NCBI RefSeq assembly: GCF_009834535.1
Contig: NC_045697.1
Span: 33,792,001 to 33,856,000, forward strand
DNA: 64,000 nt
Reading direction: 5' to 3'
Source: Camelus ferus
Taxonomy: Eukaryota
The translations under genes were made by a program, and so were the position numbers. Shown piece after piece: positions 52,963 through 64,000 of the stretch; position 1 is the first letter of the stretch, and every line of letters begins with the position of its first letter. The notes beneath the pieces were generated by a model. The model was not told the origin of the DNA. It worked only from the letters and a program-made list of their open reading frames with translations, and made no database searches.

Positions 52963-54937
52963 ACTTTGCTTTCTTCTTGGCCCAGTACTGGGATCCCAGC
53001 TTGGAGATCAAATCATGAGTTGACTACCTCTCATACCACGAGTTAGGCTATAGAATCATCTCCGTGCGGCATACCATCTGCCAGGCCAATCGAACCAGTT
53101 CTTTTTCTCCCTAACTTCCACAGCCAGTCCCTAAGTATCACTTCCTCTCTACCCTCTCCCCAAACAAACCCCACACAGCACTAAGCTGGTTACATAAACC
53201 TGGAAGTACAGTGGAACTTTATCAGAAATTGAAATGTACCCGAGTCTCCAAAGTTGGTGTATCTTACCATGGGCATCACTGCATTCCGATTTAAAGACCT
53301 GGGTTTCTGGATAAGGTTAATATTTACTCCCTTATTCCTCAGCTTGTTGGGACCTAGATTTCTTTTTTGACTAGACTTAGGCCACAAACCATTCAAGGAA
53401 ATTTTACACACAATACACATTAAGCGATCTACCTGGCAAGGATGACCTCCTTACCATCCACCTGGAGCTTGGAACACAAATAGTGAGCTGAAGTGGAACA
53501 TGAAATAGCCGTAGAATAGCTGTTTTTCTTATTCCGTGTCATCTGCATTATGTTCCCTTGAGGCAAATATATTTTGAGTAGAATGTACAATCAGCAAGTT
53601 TTCTATTATTTACAAAATGCCAAGTGTAGCCTGTCAAAACACTCACTAAAAATACTCCACATTCTCTCAATCATGCTAAGAAAAACACAATCACTCAAGG
53701 AAGAGTTTGCCTACAGAATATCACACCCTTCTAAATAAATTATGAGGGAACCACATGAGATACTTGCTTCCCTGTTTGCCCTTTGCTAAAAAATTAGCTT
53801 CTCAAAGACCCGCAGAGCAGAGTTTTTCCAAAGTCTCTTTGGCTCATTTTTTAATTAATGATAAGAAATATTGCTGTAGTATCAGTCGCTGGAAAAATTT
53901 AAGGGATTCGTGTCTCCTTGCACATCTAGGTGGTTCTTTGCCTTTTTTTTCTTCTTCACATTTTTCTCTTACCTGACATTCTTATGCTTTTCATACAAAT
54001 AGCCACTTCCACACCCTGATTTTTCGCTATTTACATTGAAAGCAACCTAATTTAAATCTCTTCTAAAATACCAGCCTGGAGCAAAGCTGTAGGGCAAGTG
54101 GAAGAGCAGAGTGTGTGAAGCTGGGAGGCCTGACTTTTATTTATTTTTATTTATATTTAGTTTATTTATTTCAGCTCCTTCTTTCTTTCCTGTGCATCAT
54201 CTGGTTGGCTTCTTCGTCTGTCTTACAGCCCTCACTTTGATCATCTGTAAAATGAGAGCATGAGACTCGTGAGCCCAAGGGTATCTTCCAGCTCTAACAC
54301 CCTAGCACAATGTAATTTCATCTCTGGGCCCCTCGTCCTTGTCACCCTCCATCCGGCTTTTCTATGGTTCATTCCCTCCGTCCAAAAGTCTCCAAACTTT
54401 CAACCTCCAGTTCATCTTTTCACCCTAAGTGTCCAGTCCCTTCAGGGCCCCACTCTCTGCATAGAAAGAGACCGGGCCACTCAGCAAAGAACGAGGGCCC
54501 CATCCTGCCACAAATTAGTTCCACACACATGGCGAATGGCAGACCCATCCAGCTCCTCCTGTGAGAAATGGAACTAATCATAGTGTTCTGTCAGCTCTGA
54601 CATGTAAGGAGTTAGCAGGATGAGAGAGAGAAGTAAGTGTGAAGTATTAAGTGTCATAGAAATGCGGCATATTATGATAAATGAACATATTAGCAGGGAC
54701 TGCTGTGTAATCTCTCCTAGGTAACTCTTGTTCTTTTTAATAAGACCTTCAAGAGACAAATTTCTTAATCAAAAACAATGACCCTGAAGGTCTTGTGAAT
54801 GCTCTACCAGTCTGGTGGGGGAGACGTTTAGGCTCAGAGAGGAGCAGGGAGGTGCCTCTCCCACCACACTCCTATTTGCAGTTTTGTGGTTCAGCACAAA
54901 GAGAATTTGCCGAGATGTCTGTCTTCACAGTTCAGAC

Positions 54938-55594
54938 TGTTGCCAGAAGATATAGCCCATGTGCAGGTTCTTGTCCCATCCCAGAAAGAATTCAGAGACA
55001 AGACGCAGAGGTTAGCAAAGTAAAGTGGGGATGTATTCAGGGATGGATAGTACACTCTCAAGGGGAGAGCGGGCAGGCTCAGGGGAGTGGCGGCCCCGAG
55101 TTTCATTGGCACGTTGGTTACACAGAGTGTGAAAGTGAATGGGAGGAGTATTGTTTAGAGAGGGAAGGATTTGGGGTTGTATTCCCTGGTTTTCATCCCA
55201 ATTCCACCTTCCTAAAGGGAGGAGGGATTTTTGTCCTTATTTAGTCTGGATCTGAAGTGTCGTGACATCGGTGCATGATGGGTACTTACAATCTGCAAGG
55301 ATTATTTTATTGAAATGAGGGCATAAAGAGCAAAATGTTATATTTGGACACTGGAGATTCCTGCCTTTCCTCACCTTTCTTTGTCAGCCTCCAGGCCTCT
55401 CATCACTCCAAAATTTGTGACCACTTATCAGCCCAGAGGTTCCTGCTTTTCCTTCTCTGCGCAGGGACCCCTGTTGTTTACATGATGTGTGGTTTCCTGC
55501 ATTTGGCCTGTGCCCCTCCTTTCTGCGCAATTCCTGCCATTTGGTCTGTGTCCCCCTTTCTCGGCTCATAGCGAGCTATCTGCCTGCTCTAATA
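54938..55594 (-). mobile_element. Relatively young ERV solo LTR (probably lineage-specific)
   Basis: Minus strand reads tattagagcaggcagatagc...cctgagcctgcccgctctccccttgagagtgtact...cgtcttgtctctgaattctttctgg...ggcaaca, a typical LTR R/U5 layout; TSD not confirmed. Confidence 0.75.
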
Positions 55595-56380
55595 AAAGCG
55601 CTCAAGCTCTGCTTACCAACAGTGTGAAATCCACTCAATATGCAAGATGAGTACATCAGGGGGACGTGTCCTTACAGTGCCAAACAGTATCCAAAAGCCA
55701 GGATGAAAAAGAAGAGGACTTAACTCTAATCCTGTAAGATTATGTTTCACAATGAATGGTGATCCTGAGGAATGAAATATTGTGAATTAAAAATCATCCC
55801 AGCTTAAGATGACATAATGCAGCCTTTGATACCTCTGAAAAACTGTCCAAAACTAAGACCCAAAGTGTTAAATGGATCAACGATAGCCACAAAAATCAGA
55901 TTTTTCCCCCCAGATCATTATGGGCATGCAGCAATGGAGGAGGTGTGTTTATGCAAATACTGAGGCACTATTCAATAGACCCAAGGCCTGGCATTTAAAT
56001 TCATTTTCTTCCCTCACAGAATTAAAATAACCTTCAATGAGATAATGCATATCAAGTAGCTTGTATAAACTTGACACAAGGCAGGTGATTAGTCTAATTC
56101 ACACATTTATTATTACATTTGCTTCTTTTTATTCTCTAAATTTTACACAATGCAGTCTCTTTGTGCAGTTCTATAAACATTCAAATAAGGTGCGTGATTT
56201 TTGTGTTCAGGAATCACAGTGTTAGGGCAGCTCTCGTTATCCCGGAAGTAGTGCTGCTGCAGTCTCACTGCCACCAGACATCTGTCAGCATCAAATTTCT
56301 CCTGTGTGGGGTACATTCGCCTTCACTAGCCAACAAGCAGCAAAGAAACCCAAATCAACCTGCCCATGATGTCACAGTCA

Positions 56381-56484
56381 AAAGAAAAGAAAAGAAAGGA
56401 AAAGAAAAGAAAAGAGAAGAAAAGAAAAGAAAAGAAGAGAAAAGAAACAAGAAAAGAAAAGAAACAAGAAAAGAAAAGAAAGAA
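56381..56484 (+). repeat. (AAAAG)n polypurine microsatellite
   Basis: Read directly. Confidence 0.92.
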
Positions 56485-56777
56485 TCATAGTGTTATACAT
56501 TGAAAAGTATAACGCTCCTCCTTCATTTCCCTCTTACTCAATGGTTGATGGAAGCTCACTTTATCCAATTTTAATATATTGAATATTCTAGACAGGAGGT
56601 ACTACAATGGCTTTTCCCCTAGTATTAGACATTAGAACCCATGAAAATCCAATCAATACCTACTGGCTATTTTCTATAGTAAACTTTCCATTTTCATTGA
56701 CTAGTGAGACAAGACTCCTTCTGGCTGAAAGAATGGGCTGTCTACCAGGCAGAATAAACTCTGTTGAAAATGAATTT

Positions 56778-57763
56778 TTTTAATATTGAAGTACACTAAG
56801 TTATAATGTGTCAATTTCTCATATATAGCATAATGTTTCAGTCATACATATACATACATATATTCATTTTTATATTCTTTTTCATTGTAGGTTATTGTAA
56901 GATATTGAATATAGTTCCTGTGCTATTCAAAAGAAACTTGTTTATCTATTTTTATACATAGTAGTTAATATTTGCAAATCTTGAACTCCCAATTTGTCCC
57001 TTCCCATCCCCTTTCCCCCTAGTAACCATAAGATTGTTCATTATGTCTGTGAGTCTATTTCTGTTTCACAGATGAGTTCATTAGTGTCTTCTTTTTTCTT
57101 TTTTAGCTTCCACATATGAGTGATATCATATGGTAGTTTTCTTTCTTTTTCTGGCTTATTTCACTTAGAATGATGATCCATCCATGCTGCTGCAAATGGC
57201 ATTATCTTATTCTTTTTTATGGCCGAGTAGGATTCCATTGTATAAATATACCACAACTTCTTTATCCAGTCCTCTGTTGATGGGCATTTAGGTTATTTCC
57301 TATGTCTTGGTTATTGTATATAATGCTGCTGTGAACATTAGGGTGCATTTATCTTTTTGAATTAGAGTTCCCTCTGTATATATGCCCAGGAGTAGGATTG
57401 CTGGATCATAGGGTAAGTCTATTTTTAGTTTTTTGAGGAATCTCCAAACTGTTTTTCATAGTGGCTGCACCAAACTGCATTCCACCAACAATGTAGGAGG
57501 GTTCCCTTTTCTCCACACCCTCTCCAGCATTGATCGTTTGTGGACGTTTGAATAATGGCCATTCTGACTGGTATAAGAGGATACCTCATTGTAGTTTTGA
57601 TTTTCATTTCTCTGATAATTAGTGATATTGAGCAATTTTTCATGTACTTATTGGCCATTTGTTTGTCTTCATTGGAGAATTGCTTGTTTAGATTTTTTGG
57701 TCAATTTTGGATTGGATTGCTTGGGTTTTTTTGTTAAGTTGTATAAGCCATTTGTATATTGGA
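56778..57763 (-). mobile_element. 5'-truncated L1, ~1 kb (ORF2 C-terminus + 3'UTR)
   Basis: 12-bp TSD gaaaatgaattt (56766-56777, 57764-57775); ORF 57425..57658 encodes an ORF2 cysteine-rich remnant ([16 protein letters not shown]). Confidence 0.95.
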
Positions 57764-60700
57764 GAAAATGAATTTAAGTTTTCTTGGGGCTCTTTCGTTT
57801 GTTTGTTTTGTGATTATATATAAGTCTGTTTATTTTTCTGTGCTTCATTATTTTCCTCTGAAAAAATAGAGATGGCAATGCTTGCTTTATTTATTTTACG
57901 AAATTATTAAGTAGCAAATAACTTTGGATAACACATGAAGTTATCCAAATGTAAGAATTTATAAATTTAGAGTTAGTAGTATAAATGATATTGACATATT
58001 TGGTTCCACTCAACTTTAGTCATCTGCTGTCACTTTCATGATTTTTGTAATAACTGAGGATTACTTAAGCTATTATTTACATAATATTTTATTTCAGCTG
58101 TATTTTGTTACCAAAATTAATTTGTTTTTAAAAAGAAACTTTATATCACTGTTGTAAATGGAAAACAAATATCACTTTGAGAAATAGAAGATAATTTAAA
58201 AAATAAATTCAATAAAAAATAATGTCATTAAGTTCTAGCTAGATGCCACTGCTCGCAATGCCTCTGACCTATTCTCCTTGTTAAAATCAGAGACTAGTAG
58301 ATATTACAGAAGCATTAAAAATTACACCAGCTTTGCACCAAGGCTTTCCACTAGACATAAACCGGAAGTATTGCAAGATATTTAAAAAGAGAGTAATTTT
58401 CTCACTATGTCATTCTCTATCTCCTGAATGACTTAAAATGACTTAAAATTATTTCACCTACCATCTGTAAGACATGCCTCTCATTTGCAGCAAGAAGTAT
58501 GATTGTTCAGGAGTCTGTGCTCTGCCCCAGACCTTGGCACATCACTAATGTCCATGAGCCTTAGTTTTTTCATTTCAAACAGGGGTGTTGAGATACAGTA
58601 TTTCTAAGGTCTCTCTTCCCTAAAATATCATGCATGTGTTTCATTTATATATGCAGAATAGGTAGCACCTTACTTCATAAATACCTGAGAATGTCTAGAT
58701 TCTTATTTCTAGAAGAACAATCTTGTTCATCACAATGTTCTGTCTTTATAAATAAGGTCATTCTGAACTTCTATTGGCATCACCAATTCCAGAGACAGCT
58801 AAGCTTATGCGGAGGTCAGGGAATTCACTTTAATACTGCCTGTAATGGAAGATTAAATGCAATAGAGTATGTGAAATTATCAGATATTCATGAAGAATAG
58901 GCTGCCCTGATCTCTCCTGCTGAAATGCTGCAGAAATGTCTTGATTGATAGTATGCTTTTACAAAGGAAAAGAATAAAAGGACAGATTACCCTACTTCCA
59001 ACAAGCCTTTTGAAAGCACACCTGAATAAATATAACACTAGATAAATTTAGGAGACCATTAGTCTTGTAACAGATGCGTTCGAATGATTTAATGATGACT
59101 GGAAACTCAGGCCTTGATAATGTCCTCCGCTCTGCAAAGCAGGTCGTTTCAGTTGGTGGGTGGCACTGACTATGATTCCCACTGTGTGTTTTAGACTTTC
59201 CATTCTTGATACTGTTGTTAGTTACACATATGAATGTACACAAATGAATGATATATGAGGACAAAGTGGGCAAAGTTTACCTGAGCGTCTTTTAATTTGT
59301 AGTAACTTGCAGCTTGTCTTAATGCCTCATTTTCTGAAATATATGCTCTTCTAAAGCCAATAACTATATGTTCCATCTAATTTGCCCACTGACGATCATA
59401 ATAAAGTAACAAATATGCATCAAAAGCTTCACAAGTAAGGCCTGGGGTTAGAGGCTCGCCCAGGCAAACTGATCAGTGATTAAAAGGGGGCCCTCTGAGA
59501 TAGTCTCTTGGTCAGGCATACAATGTCGACCGAGGCAGTTCCCTCACATTGCCAGCTACACATCCCCACCCCAAGACTCCATCTCCCTGCTCCGCACCAG
59601 AGCTCACTAAGCCCTGGCTTACTTGTTCTTTGGAATTTTGATCCCACCCTGGGAAACTTGGACCTGTTAAAGATGCTGCCCTGACTTTTTTTTACAACTC
59701 ACCACTCAGCAATTGTTCTGGATTCCCCCTAAGTCTCCACTCATCTAGTCTGTTCTGAGCAAAACGTACCTCACTAGAGAGTCTGCACCATCAGCCACCT
59801 GCTCAAGGCCCCCAGCCAGCTCACTCTGTCTCCCAGCCCCTCCCTGGGTATGGGCTGGAACATTGTATTGCCTCATAGGAAAAAAAAAAAACAAAACTCA
59901 TCCATAAAGGAAAAAACAATAGAAAAGGAATACAGTTTGATTCCTTTAAATTAAAACTGATCATTTTTTAATCAAAAGGAATTCTTAGAGTAAGTCATCA
60001 ATATGAATGTAAAGTAGCTGTGGTTTCTCTCATGGAGGATAAATTAAATTAAAAGTCTCAAGGACAAACATCAATAACAGCTTAAATAAATAGAATGTGT
60101 TGGACTGAAATGTCACGCTGTTTCTATTTCAGCCTTCTGTGGGAATGCTTCTGCCAATATGTGGTTTTGGCTTTGTAAGGCAAACACAGGGAAGCTGGAC
60201 TTTTTTGGGGGGGATCTTCTAGATCTTCTATTGGTGATCAGTATAACTTAGCGCTGCTGAACTGACTAAACCTGATTATTGTTCACCCTCACATGTGCCT
60301 TCAAACCACACTTGCTCAGCCCTGCGTTTCAGTGTCAACACCCAGTAAAAGCACATGCAAGATACTAAAGCATCCCTGATGCAGGTTCTCTCCCTCTCTC
60401 TCGCTCTCTCGCTCTCTCTCTGTGGGTTTGGATGGGCTGAATAACCAGCGCTGACATCAGTAATCTTTCCCTAGAGTCAGTTTATACAATTCACAGAAGC
60501 ATTTAGCATAGCACTTGGCACAAAATAGAATTTTGTAATGGTAGCTATGATTAGTCTGGGGCTTCTCACACTGCCTGATTCTGAGCTCCTCATCCTTCAG
60601 GCTTAACTCTGTTTCTAGTTCTAAGGGATTTAGAGTGAGTCATAAATGGCATAGCTCAGGCACCCAGAGTGTTCCCTGGAAAAGCCAGGAAAAGTCCCCT

Positions 60701-61449
60701 TAAAGATGAGGCAGGGCCAGTCATCGTCCATTTCTACCTTTAAACTGGCCTGTGCTCTTGGGTTCCACGTCGACAGAACCAGGTTTAACTGTAACTGCCA
60801 CTTACTGGCTATGGGACGGGGGCAGGTTATAAATATGTCTCTGTTTCTCTTCATTTGAGATGATGCAGTAACTTATTACGTGATTTTAGGTACCTTATTA
60901 CATGATTTTGGGTAAGACACCTAATTCACTTTTCCTCCATTTCCTAATCTCTAAAATGAGAGTTGACCTTGTCACTACTCGGTAATCTCTAAAATTCCAT
61001 CTAGATCTAATATTTTCATTCTCATAGATGATTAAAAAAATAGCTGTAATAAAAATTTGTCAGCCAATTACATAGTATTTCCCCCTCATGATTTTGGAGA
61101 TTTAATGAAAAGAACCTATGGTAATAGATTATTCTATATTAGATTTTGTGACTTTTGTCTATATCTTAATCTTTAAGACACTTTTTTTGCTTCCAAAACA
61201 AGTGAAAATAAGATTCACCAGTAAATAAAATTCACTTTGTACTAATGCAACACTTAATGTTCTGTATTCATCAATTCACAGATTGCTTATGACAGTAAAA
61301 GTACTTTCCATATTGACATTTGACAGAATTTGAAACAGTATATTGAACTAGTATAATAACAAATTTAGAACCGCAGGTTCTCTGCAAAAAAAAAAAATCA
61401 CTTCTCAGGAGATGTTATTTTTCAAGGGAAGACAAGATTATAATGAATT

Positions 61450-61935
61450 ATTTAATTATTGTTGCTACATAACAAATCAATCCAAAATCTAATGTCTCAA
61501 AACAATATTTCTTTTCCCCAAGATTCTCTGGGTTGGTGATCTGGGCGACTCTTTTGCTGGGTAACTGAGAGTCACTCATGTGGCCACAGTCATCTGATGA
61601 CTCAGTTGAAGGCTTTATTCAATGGAGATGGCTTTATTCCCGTCTGCGATTCAAGCTGGCTCGACCTATCACCTCCAGATGGACTCTCACCCCGATAGCA
61701 TGGTAGTCCAAGGCTCCAAGAGGGCTAGAGCAGATGCCGCAAGGTGTCTTAAGGCCTGGGAGAGTTTGCAGTGTACCTTCTGCCACATTCTACTGATCAA
61801 AGCAAGCCACAATGCTATCCCAGATACAAAAAGGTGAAGAAATAGATCCCCGCTCTTGACGGGAAGAGTAGCAAGTCACACTGCCAAAGGACGTGACACA
61901 GGAGTGATGTGTCGTAACCATCTGCCGTGCCAATA
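61450..61935 (-). mobile_element. Old MaLR LTR (MLT1 family)
   Basis: attgttgctacataacaaatc..., cttctgccacattctactgatcaaagcaagccaca...gggaagagtagcaagtcacactgc. Confidence 0.75.
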
Positions 61936-62690
61936 CACTGTTTACATAAAGACAATTTAGAAAGAACTCGTTTATCCCCATGGTCTTAACATCCTTGATT
62001 TTAAATACTGTGTTAAATGAAGAAGAGTTCTTACAATTAGCTAAACTCAAAATAGTGAATAGTACAGAGACATTTTTAAGGATAACCTCTTTCCATTTTT
62101 CAAATGTTGAGAATTCGTAGCCAAACATTCAGTGGTTGAAAGATAAATCTGTGCTCTATGGGAATTGGTTAGTGATTCCTTTGTATTTGAAATGGAACTT
62201 CCTTACCAAAAATCTTTTCTGTTTCCTTCAAGGAAGTCATTGGTTACATAATTCTTAAGCTATCTTATCTAAAACAACCCATATTAAAAAATTTTTTTAA
62301 ACATTCTTTTATATTAAAAGATTTTAAAACATATGAAAAAGTCAAAAGCTAGAGAAAGGATTGCATCGTTGCAAATTATTAGTTTATAAAGGGAAATTAC
62401 AAGCACTCAGCTAATCAGAATTCAGAACTTCATCAACGAAGAACTAAAACGTCATTGAAGTACAGATAATGGCAAAATGCTAAGTCAAGCTGAAAACTAA
62501 GGCAAAAATGTGTAGCATGGGTCTAGGGAGTGAACACAAACACTCCCGTACCTGTCAGGTTATACCACTCTTAGTTTATTGGCTCATTGCCCACATCTGT
62601 GTTGTGGGATCCTTTGTGGTCCACAGAGGTGTCTCATGTCATCTCTGAAATAGATTCTCATTTCTTCCAAGATGGTCCTCTTAGTGGTTT

Positions 62691-63203
62691 TGTCAGGATG
62701 GAAAATATCTCCCCTTCTACCTCTCTTGAGTTCTTGTGGCTGGACTTAAAAAACAGAATTGATGCACAACAGATTAAGGGGAGAAAAAGAGACACATTTT
62801 AGTTCGTGGGCATGGGGGGTCTCACAGAAGTGGGACCAAGAAGTGGGCAAAGCAGGTAGCTTTTCTATTTTTCAGACAGAAAAACAATAAATTTGTGAGG
62901 ATTTGAAGGGACAAAGGTTTGGGGTGCTTACTTCTGGAAGAATCTAAACGGAGTTTGGGCTTCAGGTCATACACTGAAGAAGCAGCAAGGTTTGTTTTGT
63001 TTCTCGGCCCAGAATCCCCCATCTCTTCTACCTCCGCGGGCGGGGAGTGCACCTTTCACATGAGAGATGTCTTCCCTGCTTTTAGGGAGGAGAGGGGGAG
63101 GTTCAGAGCATCCCTCTTGCATTGGGTCTTTTTTAAGTAACTAATTCAAAGTAGTCAGTAGCCATTGAGGCACATTTTGGGGCCGCCTGCTCTGGGCCCC
63201 TCA
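62691..63203 (-). mobile_element. ERV solo LTR
   Basis: tgtcaggatggaaaa...acaataaatttgtgagga...gaggcacattttggggccgcctgctctgggcccctca; TG...CA ends; family not assigned. Confidence 0.7.
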
Positions 63204-63501
63204 GTCCTCAGTGTCTGAGGGGCTGCCGGAGTCTGGTGCCTCAGTCCTGCTTCTGACGCCTCCATGGAAGTGGTCACCCTGACTCTCTGAATCCTGCCAC
63301 ATTCAAAGCGCCAAAATGCTCCTGGGTTTCCCTGTGTCCTTAGGGTGCTGGGACCATGCCCCATCCCACGAGGAAGTGAGGGTGATGCTACTCCCCCTAT
63401 TTTATGCCATAGTTTTTCACCTGGGCCCCAGGCTCTATCACTTATACTCATTTTGTCTCCAAAGGGCTTATACTTAATGCATGAGGATGGCACAGGGTGA
63501 T

Positions 63502-64000
63502 TGTATCAGTCATAGTTCTCCAGGGAAGCAGAGGCAATCGGATATACCTAGATATCAGTTAGAGGAGATTGATTATAGGAATTGCCTTGCACAGCTATGG
63601 AGGCCAAGAAGTCCCACAGTCTGTCATCTGCAAATTGGAGAACCAGGAAAGCTGGTGGTGTAATTCAACCCTGGTCTGAAGGCATGAGGACCAGGGCAGT
63701 GGCTTGCGTTTAAGTCCCACAGGCCAAAGCCCAAGAACCAGGAGCTCAGATGTCCTGGGACAGGAGACGGACATGTCAGCTCAAGAGGAGAGAGAGAGTT
63801 TACACTTGCATTGCCTTCTTGCTCTCTTGGGAGCCTCGATGGATTGGGTGATGCCCACCCACATTTGTGAGGGCAAATCTCTTTACTCGGTCTATTTAAT
63901 CAAATGCTAATCTCTTCCAGAAACAGCTTCACAGGTATACCTAGATAGAATGTTTTACCAGCTCTCTGGGCATCCATTATTAGCTCAGTCAGCTTGACAC
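63502..64000 (-). mobile_element. MLT2-family ERVL LTR (runs off the window end)
   Basis: ttctccagggaagcaga...ggaggccaagaagtcccacagtctg...ggattgggtgatgcccacccacatt...tgctaatctcttccagaaaca. Confidence 0.85.

Larger units (their letters stand above)
14550..64000 (+). other. GABRB1: GABRB1 intron 3 (partial; continues beyond the window)
   Basis: The expected exon 4 peptide (DYTLTMYFQQSW...) is not in the ORF track and I did not see it by eye; GABRB genes are known to have a very long intron 3. Confidence 0.85.

Noticed and set aside
56161..56490. 109-aa ORF with a Lys/Arg/Glu-rich tail
   Set aside because: The tail is a translation of the (AAAAG)n microsatellite.
57425..57658. 77-aa ORF with a Cys/Trp motif
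   Set aside because: Remnant of the L1 ORF2 C-terminus inside a TSD-bounded truncated L1, not a host gene.
60872..60914. Tandem ~22-bp duplication (cttattacgtgattttaggtac / cttattacatgattttgggtaa); similar short doublets at ~3316 and ~58428
   Set aside because: Two-copy slippage duplications with no spacers; not an array.

Overview
Mammalian genomic DNA containing the 5' end of GABRB1 (GABA-A receptor beta-1 subunit) on the + strand. Coding exons 1-3 lie at 13696-13775, 13941-14032 and 14482-14549, all with GT-AG junctions, and encode 80 aa: [80 protein letters not shown]. Upstream are ~13.6 kb of repeat-rich sequence and a promoter with a perfect NRF-1 palindrome. A CpG island covers intron 2, exon 3 and the start of intron 3. 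The remaining ~49 kb is the very long intron 3; I did not see exon 4. Most of the non-exonic DNA is interspersed repeat (L1, L2, MIR, CR1/L3, MaLR/ERVL/ERV LTRs, hAT elements, microsatellites). Cetartiodactyl-type L1 3' ends, with no ruminant, whale or pig SINEs that I could recognise, suggest a camelid (inference). I found no new protein-coding system; almost all ORFs in the supplied track are spurious. The unexplained structures of most interest are: (1) a TSD-bounded 358-bp L1 whose 5'UTR start is joined directly to the 3' terminus just after a conserved AG (probable spliced or bipartite L1); (2) a ~290-bp, ~93%-identical direct duplication bracketing the promoter and exons 1-3; (3) an inverted repeat with 85-bp arms in intron 3; (4) a twin-primed L1 carrying a MIR-like filler; (5) a pure (CG)10 tract in intron 2. 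Repeat family names and most repeat boundaries are by-eye calls and approximate.
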